From assembly GCA_015233405.1 (NCBI GenBank), contig JADFXT010000001.1, forward strand, positions 18,238 through 82,237: a DNA stretch of 64,000 nt. Reading direction: 5' to 3'. The notes beneath the pieces are model-generated. The model made no database searches and had not been told where the DNA came from. It was given only the letters and a program-made list of their open reading frames with translations. A program made the translations under genes and the position numbers. This DNA is from Candidatus Omnitrophota bacterium (GTDB lineage Bacteria; Omnitrophota; Gorgyraeia; Zapsychrales; Zapsychraceae). Below are positions 25,099 through 36,007 of the stretch, piece by piece. How positions within the stretch are numbered: the first letter of the stretch is position 1; each line of letters begins with the position of its first letter.

Positions 25099-26790
25099 GT
25101 GCGTAGTGAAAGAGGAGCTATTTTAGGTCTGGTCATGGTGTGCATCATGGCGTTTACCATGCTGGGGTTAGGTGCGGTCTATTTTTCCGGCGCGCAGTCC
25201 CAGGCAGCGCAAATGAGAATAGCGTCCATTCAAGCCTTTTGGGCGGCCGAGGGTGGAGCCCAGGCGGGTGTTTATAAATTAAATGATTTGATCAATGTTC
25301 ATTTGAGAAATTATATTAATAATTCAACGGCTGATAATGTCAAAAATTTTGCCAGTTCCAAGGTCACATCCAAAGATGGCATTGGCTGGCTTATCGGTAG
25401 TGTGGTGGATGGAGGGACGCAACTTTTGACGAAAACTGGAAGTACCGCCACCTATGCGATCAATTCAACATCCATCGGCAACGGCCCCACCTATCAAGGA
25501 ACGATTGTTATTTCTCAAACCGTTAATCCGCAAACGATCGTCACCAATGCTAGCTGGAGATTTTTTTATAATTATGCGCTTCAATTAACCGGAACAGCGT
25601 CTGGGGTCAAGAAAAAGATCCAATTAAGCGGGGTTTTCACTGTTAATGTGCAGTATGACAATTTTGCCCGATATGCGCTTTTTGTGAATAACAATACGCT
25701 TCCGGATGGTACCCTCGTCTGGTTTGCGAATTCAACAACGTTCTCCGGGCCGCTTCAGACCAATGGGCAATATAATTTTTGGGGTAAGCCTGTTTTCTAT
25801 GGGGAAGTCACGCAGCACAATAGTTCTGCTAATTTTTATAATAACGGTCATCAGGTGTCTCTCAATTCGGACCATAATGGGACAATCGATGTGCCGACGT
25901 TCTCTCAAGGTTTTGTTCGCGGCGCCGCGACCGTTGACCCTTCGCAAAGCCCTATTAAGGAACAAGATATTATCGATCAATCGACGGGAAAAACTAAACT
26001 CAATGGCAATGGGACTTTTGTGCCTAATGATGGAACAAAATTAATCGGCGGTATTTATGTCAATGGCAATGCGGACAATGTCCTTTTAGGCGTTGATGCT
26101 CAGGGGCAGGCAACCTATCAAATTACCCAAGGGAAAACAACAAGCACGATTACCGTTAACACAGCGAATAAAACGACGACATTTAATGACGGCAAAACAT
26201 CAAAGACATATAACGGAATACCGGATGGGATCAGTCATTCTGGAACAATTCTTTATGTCAATGGGCAGATTACCGCCTTATCAGGGACCGTGCAGAAAGA
26301 TTCTGCGGTCACGATTTCCACCAAAAACGATATTCTGATCAATAATAATATCCAGTACCAGCAACGGACAGCGGCGAAGGGAACTCCGGGAACGACAGGT
26401 TACGTGGCGGCGACGGCAGATGGTTTTAATAATATGTTGGGGATTTTGTCCTGGGAAGGAAATGTGCGTATTCCGACATCAGCGCCGAATAATTTGAACA
26501 TCGACGGAATTGTCATGGCGCCCATCGGTGTTTTTTCCGTTGATAATTATAATTCCGGTAGCCCTCGAGGAACCGTCAATATCTTGGGGGGCGTTATTAG
26601 CAATTATTACGGAGCGTTCGGGACTTCGGATGATGGCAAAACAATGAAGACGGGTTATGGGCGTAATTTTAGTTATGATGATAGAACTCTTTTAGGCAAC
26701 ATCCCGCCATATTTTCCGGGCTTAAACACCTTTGCAGCATTTACGACAGATATCCGCGACCAGGTGGCTTGGCAAGAAGGCGGTTTCTAA
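25099..26790 (+). CDS. Large PilX-like minor pilin with a beta-rich C-terminal domain (DUF4900-like)
   Basis: ERG|AILG start lacking E5, AFWAAEGG PilX motif, C-terminal GYGRNFSYDDR..PPYFP; paralog of 45344..47128. Confidence 0.8.
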   Translation: MRSERGAILGLVMVCIMAFTMLGLGAVYFSGAQSQAAQMRIASIQAFWAAEGGAQAGVYKLNDLINVHLRNYINNSTADNVKNFASSKVTSKDGIGWLIGSVVDGGTQLLTKTGSTATYAINSTSIGNGPTYQGTIVISQTVNPQTIVTNASWRFFYNYALQLTGTASGVKKKIQLSGVFTVNVQYDNFARYALFVNNNTLPDGTLVWFANSTTFSGPLQTNGQYNFWGKPVFYGEVTQHNSSANFYNNGHQVSLNSDHNGTIDVPTFSQGFVRGAATVDPSQSPIKEQDIIDQSTGKTKLNGNGTFVPNDGTKLIGGIYVNGNADNVLLGVDAQGQATYQITQGKTTSTITVNTANKTTTFNDGKTSKTYNGIPDGISHSGTILYVNGQITALSGTVQKDSAVTISTKNDILINNNIQYQQRTAAKGTPGTTGYVAATADGFNNMLGILSWEGNVRIPTSAPNNLNIDGIVMAPIGVFSVDNYNSGSPRGTVNILGGVISNYYGAFGTSDDGKTMKTGYGRNFSYDDRTLLGNIPPYFPGLNTFAAFTTDIRDQVAWQEGGF

Positions 26791-26830
26791 ACATAACGTG
26801 TTTCTAGTGACATATTAATTGAGAGGGATT

Positions 26831-27778
26831 ATGAAAGAAAGATTATTTAAGATTGAAGTTTGTTCTCCCGAAGGGTTGTGCGAAGATTTAAGGTCTTTGC
26901 CTGAGGCGACGGAAAAAGAAGCGCGCCAAGCGCAGGTCAGCGTTTATGGTTCGAAGGTTCTCGTACGCCAATTTGAATTGCCGACGATGGCGGCAGGTGA
27001 GGTGAAAGGGGCTTTAAAGCTCGAAGCGGCTGAGATTTTATCTTTATCGCCGGAAGAGATTGATTTGGAATTTCATATTTCTCATGCCGGCCAGGATAAG
27101 ACCAAAGGATATTTTCTAGCCATGCCGGTCAAGGTCTTACAGCAATATCTGTCTTGTTTTGAGAAGACTGACGTGGCCTTGGTTAAGTTGACCGCACGAA
27201 TGCTAACGGCGGCCGGTGATTTTCTTGCCAAAGAAAAACAGGTCGCAAAGGATTTTTGTTTGCTCGATTTCTTTAATGGCAATATGCTCAATCTGGCTGT
27301 TTTTATCGACGGGCATTCAGAGCTTTTAAGAGAAATTCGTTATGATTCCCCGGAAGAGGCGGAGAAAGAAGTGATGAATTCACTAAGATATGTTTGCGGC
27401 CGCAGTTCCTGCAAGTCTTTGAATAAAATTTATTTTACCGGCGATGTTTCTGATAAGGGTGAACTGACTTCTCATTTGCAAAAGAAGATCGAGGACGGCA
27501 GTATTTTAAAACATTCTGAATTGCTTTCTTCCGGACGTTTAACTGCAGAAGATTTCTGGAAAATGAATTTATTGAGGGCCCACAGGTCGATTCGTCAAAG
27601 GCTTTTGTGGATAGAAAGTGTCGCACTTGCCGTTTGTCTTGTGATGTGTGTGATTCTCGGCGGGAAAATCGTCAAAGGACAAGCGACCATCAAAAACTTG
27701 CGAGCTTCTTTAGGAGGCTTTGTAGATAATGCTCAAACTCAAGGATTAGAAAAAAAGGCGGAGAAATTTAATCTATGA
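26831..27778 (+). CDS. Divergent PilM/GspL-like protein with a C-terminal TM
   Basis: VSVYGSKVLVRQFELP..ALKLEA and KIYFTG resemble the PilM actin-like fold; a hydrophobic segment lies near the C-terminus. Confidence 0.6.
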   Translation: MKERLFKIEVCSPEGLCEDLRSLPEATEKEARQAQVSVYGSKVLVRQFELPTMAAGEVKGALKLEAAEILSLSPEEIDLEFHISHAGQDKTKGYFLAMPVKVLQQYLSCFEKTDVALVKLTARMLTAAGDFLAKEKQVAKDFCLLDFFNGNMLNLAVFIDGHSELLREIRYDSPEEAEKEVMNSLRYVCGRSSCKSLNKIYFTGDVSDKGELTSHLQKKIEDGSILKHSELLSSGRLTAEDFWKMNLLRAHRSIRQRLLWIESVALAVCLVMCVILGGKIVKGQATIKNLRASLGGFVDNAQTQGLEKKAEKFNL

Positions 27779-28197
27779 TCAATAGACAAAATGAGTTCTT
27801 AATGTTCTTAAAAAAAGATAAAAAGTTGCAAGCCAGCACCTTGATCCTTATTGTTGCTTTTTGTGCGCAGATGGTTTTGCTGGGGATTGATAAGAAACAG
27901 TCTTTGGAAATACAGAAATTACAACAGTCGCTGGAGAAAAAGAAGGCAGCTTTGCGTCTTATGCAGGTAAGGCCCAATTCCCCAGGAGTTTCTAAGACCT
28001 CGGCTCTGGCCGTGGAAGATCCTGGTCTGCCATCTTTGTCGGGAATCGTTTTTTCCAAGGAAATGCCCCGGGCGATCATTGATAATAAAATAGTCGTGGT
28101 CGGTGATAAAGTGAAGTCCAACAAAGTTGTTAAGATCACTGAAAATACGGTTGTCTTAAATGACGGGACGAAAGACTTTACCCTATTCTTGAAATAA
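27775..28197 (+). CDS. PilP/GspB/GspC-like small protein
   Basis: N-terminal TM, then LSGIVFS..PRAIIDNKIVVVGD..VVKITENTVVL, similar to 52302..52673. Confidence 0.6.
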   Translation: MINRQNEFLMFLKKDKKLQASTLILIVAFCAQMVLLGIDKKQSLEIQKLQQSLEKKKAALRLMQVRPNSPGVSKTSALAVEDPGLPSLSGIVFSKEMPRAIIDNKIVVVGDKVKSNKVVKITENTVVLNDGTKDFTLFLK

Positions 28198-28319
28198 ACC
28201 AACCCCTTGAAGAAGTATTTTTTTAAAACGAATCTTTACTTATATTTTTTTTATGTATAATATAGATGTATCTTGAAATCCAACCTTTAGTTCCCTAATT
28301 TATAAGTGGGAGGAGAGAA

Positions 28320-29180
28320 ATGAAAATGAATTCCTCTGGAAAAGTTGTTACAATCTTTATTGCTATTTTTGTGGTCTTGTTGATTTCTTTAACGGCCATT
28401 TCGATGTTTTATCTCCAGCAGGAATCAAAAATCCGTCGAGAAGCTGAATCCCAATTAGAAAAAGCCAAAACGCAAATAACGTCTTTGGAAGGCGAGCGCG
28501 ACGGGTTAAAGAAAGATAAATTTGTCCTGGAGGCAAAGAATAAAGAAGCGGATGACCGTATCAATGATTTATCGTCGGAGTTGGATTTGGAAAAAGGCCT
28601 GCGCGAACAGATGAAAACGGAAAACACTTCTTTGAAATCACAGTTGGACCAGGAAAAGCAAGCTAACGCGGTTCTTCAGGGACAATTCGATAAGCAATCG
28701 GCGGAATTACAAAAGACAACTTCTGACCTACAGACAAGCCTTAAAGAAAATCAAGATAACGAAGCCCGCGCGAAAACAGCCGAACAGGCCGCTGCAGAGT
28801 TAAAAGAAAAAATGGCGAAGATGGAAGAAGGATTTGCTCCGACTAATAATAATTTAGCGATGAATGACCCCGTGAGCCAAGCTAAACAGACTGTGGCTAA
28901 AGACCAGGTCCAGTTGGATAAAATTGTGGTTTCTCCTAAACAAGTCCCCGAAGGAAGGGTTTTAAGTGTTGATACGGAAACAGAATTTGTGATCATTAAC
29001 CTCGGCGAGAAAGATGGCGTCCGGCAAGGCGACCTCTTGGCTGTTTACCGAGGCAAGGATTATTTAGGCGATATCAAAGTGACCCGTCTTCAGGCGGAAA
29101 TGGCCGCTGCGGACCTGCTTCCGCCATTCTCCAGCAAGCTTGTGCGCAAGAATGACCAAGTCGTCAGCAAAACACAATGA
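28320..29180 (+). CDS. Membrane-anchored coiled-coil protein with a C-terminal beta domain (FlgT_C-like)
   Basis: N-terminal TM, long heptad region, then GRVLSVD..FVIINLGEKDGVRQGDLLAVYR. Confidence 0.65.
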   Translation: MKMNSSGKVVTIFIAIFVVLLISLTAISMFYLQQESKIRREAESQLEKAKTQITSLEGERDGLKKDKFVLEAKNKEADDRINDLSSELDLEKGLREQMKTENTSLKSQLDQEKQANAVLQGQFDKQSAELQKTTSDLQTSLKENQDNEARAKTAEQAAAELKEKMAKMEEGFAPTNNNLAMNDPVSQAKQTVAKDQVQLDKIVVSPKQVPEGRVLSVDTETEFVIINLGEKDGVRQGDLLAVYRGKDYLGDIKVTRLQAEMAAADLLPPFSSKLVRKNDQVVSKTQ

Positions 29181-30463
29181 ACCTTTCGGTTAAACCCGCC
29201 ACACAGTTAAAGGGCAAGGTTTTCCTTCCTGCTTCAAAATCATATTCTATTCGTGCATGTATCATTGCAGCCTGCGGCGGAATGTCGACGATAAATTCCA
29301 TTTCTGATTGTGATGATGCTAAAGTCGCTCTAAAGATCGCTCGTGCTTTGGGTGCAGATATCAAGCCTTTAAAGAATAATTCTTACCGAATCAAGGCCTT
29401 TCATCACCCTTTTAAACTTTCCAGCGTCAACGTCCAGGAATCCGGTACGGTTTTGCGGTTTCTTTTACCTTTGGTATCCTTATATGCGGCACAATCCATT
29501 ATCGACGGGGAAGGGACCTTAAAGGGCCGGCCGAATTTATTTTTGACGCAAACGTTGCGCGAGATGGGCGTTGATATTAAAGGTACTGGCCCGAAGGAAA
29601 GTGTTCCGATTCATTTTCATGGCGGGAATCTTCATGCCGGTGATATAGCTATTGACGGAAGTTTAAGTAGCCAGTTTATCTCCGCACTTTTGATTGCCTG
29701 CCCGCAGCTTAAAGGCGATAGTACGCTAACACTTAAAGGCAAAAAATTAGTCTCGTCGGATTACATTACTATGACGATCCAGATCTTAAAAAAGTCCGGT
29801 ATCGTCGTCCAGCAAAGGGGCCAACGTTATTTTGCCATCAAAGGCCTTCAGAAATTTAAAGGATTGAAGAATTTTACTGTTCCGTCGGATTATGGCTTGG
29901 CCGCGTTCCTTTTAGCTGCGGCGTGTCTGGTAAATTCCGATGTGACCTTAACAGGATTTTTATCCGATGATTTTATTCAGGCCGACGGGCAGATATTAAA
30001 TTTCTTAAAGAAAATGGGCGCGCGGTTTACGAAAACCTCCAAATTCCTCCGCGTCCAAGGCCCGTGTTCATTAAAAGGCGGTGATTTTTCCTTAAAGAGT
30101 TGTCCGGATTTAGTTCCCATCATGGCGGTCTTGGCGTTATTTGCCGATGGCAGAACGCGGCTTTATGATATCGCTCATGCCCGGGCCAAAGAATCTGACC
30201 GTATCAGCGATTTAAGAACGGAACTTCTCAAACTTGGTGCGAAGGTTTCGGAAACAGCCAATGAACTTATTATTGAGCCGCAAGCTTCTTATAAAGAAAA
30301 TTGTGTGCTTGATCCTCATCATGACCACCGCCTCGCCATGGCGTTTTCTGTGTTCGGGTTAAGGCATCCGGTCGTCGTCAAAGATGTCGAATGCACCCAT
30401 AAATCTTATCCTGGTTTCTTCAAGGATTTTAAAGCCCTGGGGGCTAAGGTTTTTAAGCAATAG
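29177..30463 (+). CDS. aroA: 3-phosphoshikimate 1-carboxyvinyltransferase (EPSP synthase)
   Basis: PASKS, ESGTVLRF, RP, SSQFISALL, KESDRI, DHRLAM and KSYP motifs. Confidence 0.95.
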   Translation: MNLSVKPATQLKGKVFLPASKSYSIRACIIAACGGMSTINSISDCDDAKVALKIARALGADIKPLKNNSYRIKAFHHPFKLSSVNVQESGTVLRFLLPLVSLYAAQSIIDGEGTLKGRPNLFLTQTLREMGVDIKGTGPKESVPIHFHGGNLHAGDIAIDGSLSSQFISALLIACPQLKGDSTLTLKGKKLVSSDYITMTIQILKKSGIVVQQRGQRYFAIKGLQKFKGLKNFTVPSDYGLAAFLLAAACLVNSDVTLTGFLSDDFIQADGQILNFLKKMGARFTKTSKFLRVQGPCSLKGGDFSLKSCPDLVPIMAVLALFADGRTRLYDIAHARAKESDRISDLRTELLKLGAKVSETANELIIEPQASYKENCVLDPHHDHRLAMAFSVFGLRHPVVVKDVECTHKSYPGFFKDFKALGAKVFKQ

Positions 30464-30488
30464 TTAAAAACAGCCTCCAACAAACCAT

Positions 30489-30517
30489 TTGACAGCCAAA
30501 ATCTTTTCATATATTAT
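30489..30517 (+). promoter_or_regulatory. Putative sigma70 promoter of the mreB operon
   Basis: TTGACA-N17-TATTAT. Confidence 0.55.
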
Positions 30518-30578
30518 TACTTAATCTTCGTACTAAAAATAATCTTTCCATTAAACACTTATCTTAAAGGGAGAGTTC

Positions 30579-31652
30579 ATGTTGCAGAAATTCATGAGAA
30601 TTATTCGGAAAATTTATAACTACATTTTGGGGCTTTTTTCCAACGATATGGGCATTGATCTGGGAACGGCTACAACCCTTGTTTTTGTCCGTGGGGAAGG
30701 CGTTGTCCTTTGTGAGCCATCGGTCGTCGCCATTGAAAAAGACACAAATCGGGTCTTGGCCGTCGGGGAAGAAGCTAAAAAAATGTTAGGGAAAACCCCT
30801 GGTAACATTATGGCGATCCGTCCGATGAAAGACGGCGTTATCTCGGATTTTGAAATTACCGAGGCGATGTTAAAGTATTTTATTAAGAAGGTCCATCACC
30901 GAAGGACGTTCGTAAGCCCGGCCATGGTCATTGGTATTCCTTCAGGCATTACGGCTGTTGAAAAAAGAGCGGTCCGCGATTCTGCGATGCGTGCGGGTGC
31001 CCGTTCGGTCGAATTTATCGAAGAGCCTAAGGCTGCGGCCATCGGCGTGGGACTTCCTGTTGAAGAACCCGGCGGAAACATGATCATTGATATCGGCGGC
31101 GGGACCACGGAATTTGCCGTTATTTCTTTAGGTGGGATTGTCTATGCTAAGTCGGTCCGTATCGCTGGAGATAAAATGGACGAGGCGATCGTGGAATATC
31201 TTCGTAAGACATATAATTTGATGATCGGAGAGAGGACCGCGGAAGAAATTAAAATCCGTATCGGTTCTGCGTATCCTTTGGAAGAAGAACTGAATATGGA
31301 TGTGCGCGGCCGCGATTTGATTTCAGGGTTGCCTAAAACCGTTTCTATTTCTTCTGTTGAAGTCCGTGAAGCGTTGCATGATCCTATCCAGGCTATTGTG
31401 GATGCGTCTAAAACAACTCTGGAACAAACGCCGCCCGAACTTTCCGCGGATTTGATCGACCGCGGCATCGTTATGGCTGGAGGCGGATCTCTCATTAGAG
31501 GACTGGACAAGCGCATCGCCGAAGAAACCGGCTTAGCCGTGCATATTGCCGATGATCCTCTGACGGCTGTCGTTTTAGGGACGGGACATATGTTAAGCAT
31601 GCCGGCACGTTTGCGCAGAAGAATCGGCGTTCCCATAAGATTAGATTTTTAG
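30579..31652 (+). CDS. mreB: Rod shape-determining actin homolog
   Basis: [35 protein letters not shown] and AGGG motifs. Confidence 0.97.
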   Translation: MLQKFMRIIRKIYNYILGLFSNDMGIDLGTATTLVFVRGEGVVLCEPSVVAIEKDTNRVLAVGEEAKKMLGKTPGNIMAIRPMKDGVISDFEITEAMLKYFIKKVHHRRTFVSPAMVIGIPSGITAVEKRAVRDSAMRAGARSVEFIEEPKAAAIGVGLPVEEPGGNMIIDIGGGTTEFAVISLGGIVYAKSVRIAGDKMDEAIVEYLRKTYNLMIGERTAEEIKIRIGSAYPLEEELNMDVRGRDLISGLPKTVSISSVEVREALHDPIQAIVDASKTTLEQTPPELSADLIDRGIVMAGGGSLIRGLDKRIAEETGLAVHIADDPLTAVVLGTGHMLSMPARLRRRIGVPIRLDF

Positions 31653-31657
31653 TTAAA

Positions 31658-31757
31658 GGCCATAGGCTAAAAAGATATTTTCCAATAACCCTTTAGTCTA
31701 TGGTCTGTTTTCTTTCTACCCTGCTTAACCTTTCCACACCGGGTGTGGAAACGGTTA
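31658..31757. repeat. Two intergenic hairpins between mreB and mreC
   Basis: GGCCATAGGCTAAA..TTTAGTCTATGGTC and TAACCTTTCCACACC-G-GGTGTGGAAACGGTTA. Confidence 0.6.
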
Positions 31758-31783
31758 TTAGGGTGTGAGGGCGTTAACCTGTC

Positions 31784-32569
31784 ATGATTTCCAGAAGAAT
31801 CATAAAAAACATTGCCTATGTGATCATCCTCCTCGTTCCTTTCTTTTTATTTTTCTCCCGCAATAAAGTTTTTCAAGATTTAAAATTAAAAATGGTCGGG
31901 TTGTCCGCCGGACCTGTTCGGCTGATCTCGGTTCCGTTTAAGGAAGCGAAAAAGATTTTATATTATCACCGGACCTTTGAAGAATATAAACGGCTAAACC
32001 GGGAAGTGAATACGTTAAAAAACCGGTTGGTGGGCTTGGAAGAAGCCTTGAAAGAAAATACCCGTTTAGAAAGGTTGTTAAAATTCCAGAGAAACCAGGT
32101 CTATTCGTCCGTCGTGGCGAATGTGATCGGACGAAATCCTTCTTATTGGAATTCCGCGATGATCATTGATAAGGGCTCGCTCGACGGTATTCGTCAGGGA
32201 TTTCCTGTGGTGGATTCTGCCGGGGTCGTGGGAAAAGTCGCTGAGGTTGGCCCTAAGACCAGCAAGGTGATCCTTTTGACCGACCCGGAATTTAGCGCGG
32301 CAGCGCTTGTTCAGGAATCCCGGGAAAGCGGTTTGGTGTCCGGGACGCTGCGCGGGCTTTGCCGAATGAAGTATATGAACCCCGGGGCCGATATCCAGGT
32401 GGGAAACAAGATCATCACGTCAAAGCTCAGTTCTTCTTTCCCCGAGGGATTATTGATAGGCCAAGTGGTAGAAATTTCCTCAACGTCTAAAGACCTTGCC
32501 GCGGAATGTGTCATCGAACCTGCGGTCTCCTTATCTCAGCTTGAAGAGGTCTTGGTTATCGTAAAATAA
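31784..32569 (+). CDS. mreC: Rod shape-determining protein MreC
   Basis: ENTRLERLL, IIDKGS.DGI, GVVGKV and FPEGLLIG motifs; position in the operon. Confidence 0.93.
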   Translation: MISRRIIKNIAYVIILLVPFFLFFSRNKVFQDLKLKMVGLSAGPVRLISVPFKEAKKILYYHRTFEEYKRLNREVNTLKNRLVGLEEALKENTRLERLLKFQRNQVYSSVVANVIGRNPSYWNSAMIIDKGSLDGIRQGFPVVDSAGVVGKVAEVGPKTSKVILLTDPEFSAAALVQESRESGLVSGTLRGLCRMKYMNPGADIQVGNKIITSKLSSSFPEGLLIGQVVEISSTSKDLAAECVIEPAVSLSQLEEVLVIVK

Positions 32570-32591
32570 CGCTAAAAGGTTTTAAAAGAAT

Positions 32592-33080
32592 ATGATGCGA
32601 AAAATTTTATTTATCGTGGCCGTGATTTTTATCGCATTTCTCGTCGAGTTCTTGTTGTTTAATTTTGTCGGCCGATGGATCATGCCCAATCTTTTGCTAT
32701 TGGTCGTGATCTTTTTTAATTTGTTGTGGGGAATCCGGTTCAGCCTTTTTACGGCCGTTATAGCCGGCCTCTTACAGGACAGCTTCAGCACCAATCCTTT
32801 TGGCGTCCATTTGTTCTCATTTGTCGTGTGCGCTTTTGCGGCGACATTGATTAAGAAAATTATTTATCCCGGAGGGTCTAGGTCGATTCGGCTGCTTTTA
32901 GTTTCCCTCATCGTAATCGTCAATTTTTTGGTCCAGTTTTTCCTGCACATGGTCTTTGGTGTCGTTGATGTTCGGGAAACGATGCGATTTATCTTTATCC
33001 CCGAGATGTTGACGACATTGATCGTGACCAACTATTGTTTTAATCAACTTAAAATATGCGTATTAAAGTTTTTCGTATAA
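32592..33080 (+). CDS. mreD: Rod shape-determining protein MreD
   Basis: Hydrophobic protein with PNLLL, GLLQD and PFG; position in the operon. Confidence 0.88.
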   Translation: MMRKILFIVAVIFIAFLVEFLLFNFVGRWIMPNLLLLVVIFFNLLWGIRFSLFTAVIAGLLQDSFSTNPFGVHLFSFVVCAFAATLIKKIIYPGGSRSIRLLLVSLIVIVNFLVQFFLHMVFGVVDVRETMRFIFIPEMLTTLIVTNYCFNQLKICVLKFFV

Positions 33081-34768
33081 TTGTTGTCATTTTATTTATC
33101 ATCACGGTCCTGAATTTGATCTACATTCAAGCGATCCGGGGCGGGTATTATTATGATCTGAGCATGAACAACCGCATCCGCGTTGTTCCGACGGAAGGAT
33201 GGCGGGGCCGTATCTTTGACCGTAACGGCGTTCTCTTGGCGGATAATCATAGGACGTATAATGTGATGGTGACCCCGCAGGATGTCAAAGATGGGGAGGA
33301 ATTATTTTCTTTCTTAAGCTCGGCGTTGGGGATCAATGAACGGGTCCTTCTTCGGACATATCGTTTAAGGGAAGTTGCTCCGTTTGAGCCGGTGGTTGTC
33401 GCCGAGAATATCAGCCGGGAACAAGCAATTGTCCTGGAAGAAAATACCTATCGTTTTCCCAGCTTGATGGTCCAGGAAAGTTTTAGGCGTATTTATCCTT
33501 TACGCGAAAATAGCGCCCATGTTTTAGGGTATGTGGGCAAGATGAATGAATCGGACATTAATCTCTTGGAAGAATACGGATATTCCCCTCAAAGCCTCGT
33601 CGGATATTTGGGTGTTGAAGAATACTATAACGAGATTTTGCGGGGAGACACAGGAGGCTTGCAACTTGAGGTTAATAGCCGCGGGCAGCAAGTGCGGCTA
33701 CTGAGTTTTAAAGAACCCGTCAAGGGAACCGATATTACGTTAACGATCGACTCCAAAATCCAGGGGGCGGCGCTTAATCTGTTACAGAGTAAAATAGGCA
33801 GTATTATTGTGATGGATGCGGACAACGGAGAAATCCTGGCGTTGACAAATTTCCCGGCGTTCGATCCGAATCTGTTTAGTGATCCTAAATCGTCGTCGGG
33901 GGTTCAGGGATTATTGTCTAATTCCCAATCTCCTTTGCTCAACCGTGCGATTAAAGGGCTTTATCCGCCGGGGTCGGTATTTAAGATCCCTGTGGCTATG
34001 GCGGCCTTGGATTTAAACAAGATTATTCCCGCCACGACATTTTATTGCCCTGGCTTTTACGAACTCGGCGGCAGGAAATTTGGATGTTCCCACGTTCATG
34101 GGCCTCAAAATTTGATTGAAGCCATTGCCCATTCCTGTAATGTGTATTTTTTCCATGTGGGCTTGACCGTCGGGGCTGACGCCATTTATCGTTATGCGGA
34201 TCTGCTGGGATTGGGGAATTTAACGCGTGTGGACATCCCTTATGAAAAAAAAGGCAGCATCCCTCATCGGGCGCAGAATATCTTGTCGGGAAAAAGATGG
34301 TATACCGGAAACACATTGAATTTTTCCATCGGGCAAGGAGATACTTTGATCACCCCGCTTCAATTGACGCGGATGATGGCAACGGTTTTTAACGACGGGC
34401 TTCAGGTCCAGCCGCATATTATTCGTTTGATCGGAGATAAGGCGGTGCTGAGATACAATGCCAAACAACAGTTAAAAATTGACCCTGAGATTTTTCGGAT
34501 TATTAAGCAGGGGCTTAAAGGGGCGGTGCAATCCGAAAGCGGAACCGCGCATGTTTTGGATATTGCAGGGTTTGACATCGAGGGGAAAACAGGAACAGCG
34601 CAATCATTTGGCGAGAAGGGAACGCATGCCTGGTTTGTGGGTTATGTAGCAGGAGCGAAGCGTCGTCTAACTTTTTGTGTTTTCTTAGAGCATGGAGGCG
34701 GTAGTGAGAACGCTTGTTGGGTGGCCCGGAGTTTATTGGAAGCCATGATCAAGGACGGAGCGATATAA
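33056..34768 (+). CDS. mrdA: Penicillin-binding protein 2
   Basis: RGRIFDRNG, PGSVFK (SxxK), SCN and KTGT motifs. Confidence 0.94.
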   Translation: MRIKVFRIIVVILFIITVLNLIYIQAIRGGYYYDLSMNNRIRVVPTEGWRGRIFDRNGVLLADNHRTYNVMVTPQDVKDGEELFSFLSSALGINERVLLRTYRLREVAPFEPVVVAENISREQAIVLEENTYRFPSLMVQESFRRIYPLRENSAHVLGYVGKMNESDINLLEEYGYSPQSLVGYLGVEEYYNEILRGDTGGLQLEVNSRGQQVRLLSFKEPVKGTDITLTIDSKIQGAALNLLQSKIGSIIVMDADNGEILALTNFPAFDPNLFSDPKSSSGVQGLLSNSQSPLLNRAIKGLYPPGSVFKIPVAMAALDLNKIIPATTFYCPGFYELGGRKFGCSHVHGPQNLIEAIAHSCNVYFFHVGLTVGADAIYRYADLLGLGNLTRVDIPYEKKGSIPHRAQNILSGKRWYTGNTLNFSIGQGDTLITPLQLTRMMATVFNDGLQVQPHIIRLIGDKAVLRYNAKQQLKIDPEIFRIIKQGLKGAVQSESGTAHVLDIAGFDIEGKTGTAQSFGEKGTHAWFVGYVAGAKRRLTFCVFLEHGGGSENACWVARSLLEAMIKDGAI

Positions 34769-34786
34769 CATTTGAGGGGACTTTTT

Positions 34787-35881
34787 ATGGGACGCGATTT
34801 AGAAAAGAAAATCTGGCTGTATAGTTTGATTATTATGTTTATCGGGTTGGTTGTTTTATACAGCGCATCGTATAACAACGTACGCGTCGGGCAGAAAGTG
34901 TTTTTTGATCAATTGGGCTTTGCGGGGATCGGGATTGTGATCATGTATGTCCTCGGGAGAATCGATTACCGTAAATTTTATGATTCAGCCTATTTTCTTT
35001 ATGCCCTGAATGTTTTTGTGCTATTTCTGGTATTGGTCACAGGCCGCCAGGCTTTGGGCGCAAGCCGTTGGATTGATATCGCAGGGATATCTTTTCAGCC
35101 GTCGGAATTCATGAAATTGACGCTTATTTTAATGTTGGGACGGTATTTTTCCCGGCGGCGGGTGAATTTATCGTTTAGCTTTTTAAGTAAGACCCAGCTC
35201 ATCATTCGTGATTTTATTTTTCCGTTTACTTTGACGCTGATCCCCATGTTCTTGATTTTTAAACAGCCGGATTTGGGGACGGCGCTTTTGCTCTTCGGCA
35301 TATTTTTCATTATGCTGTTTGTCGGCGGGATCGGGTATCGATATATTTTAAGTTTCTTTATTTTTTGTTTATGTTTCTCTCCCTTGGCATGGCATATTTT
35401 AAAGCCTTATCAAAGAGACCGGTTGCTGGTTTTCTTAAACCCGGATAAAGACCCTTTAGGCGCCGGCTATACCATCATCCAGTCTAAGATCGCTATTGGT
35501 TCTGGCCAATTATTCGGCAAAGGCTGGCTCGCCGGCACGCAAAGCCAATTGAATTTCTTACCGGAGCGCCATACGGATTTTATTTTTTCCGTCGTCGGGG
35601 AGGAATGGGGGCTTATGGGGACGCTGTTGGTTTTAGCCATGTATTTTCTTCTGATCCATACGGCCATTAATATCGCTGAACAAATCAAAGACCGGTTTGG
35701 CGTTTACGTTTGTATTGGCATTGCAGCGATCTTGGCGCTTCAGGCGATCATCAACATCGGGATGGTCATGGGATTATTTCCGATCGTCGGTATCACGCTG
35801 CCCTTTATTAGTTATGGACGGTCATCATTTTTTGTCTGCGTTTTTATGATGGGATTTTTACTGAGCCTCAGTAAGCGATAG
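34787..35881 (+). CDS. rodA: SEDS peptidoglycan glycosyltransferase RodA
   Basis: FQPSEF, QPDLGT, AIGSG, LPERHTDFIF and LPFISYG motifs. Confidence 0.95.
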   Translation: MGRDLEKKIWLYSLIIMFIGLVVLYSASYNNVRVGQKVFFDQLGFAGIGIVIMYVLGRIDYRKFYDSAYFLYALNVFVLFLVLVTGRQALGASRWIDIAGISFQPSEFMKLTLILMLGRYFSRRRVNLSFSFLSKTQLIIRDFIFPFTLTLIPMFLIFKQPDLGTALLLFGIFFIMLFVGGIGYRYILSFFIFCLCFSPLAWHILKPYQRDRLLVFLNPDKDPLGAGYTIIQSKIAIGSGQLFGKGWLAGTQSQLNFLPERHTDFIFSVVGEEWGLMGTLLVLAMYFLLIHTAINIAEQIKDRFGVYVCIGIAAILALQAIINIGMVMGLFPIVGITLPFISYGRSSFFVCVFMMGFLLSLSKR

Positions 35882-36007
35882 CTATTTTCTTGATAAGCTC
35901 GAAGAACAATTCCATTTTGCATTTGTTTCCTTTTAAGAAGTATAGTAGAATTAAAGAAATTTTTCGGGCGAAAAAACATCTTCGATAAAACAACAAAGGT
36001 TTGCCAT

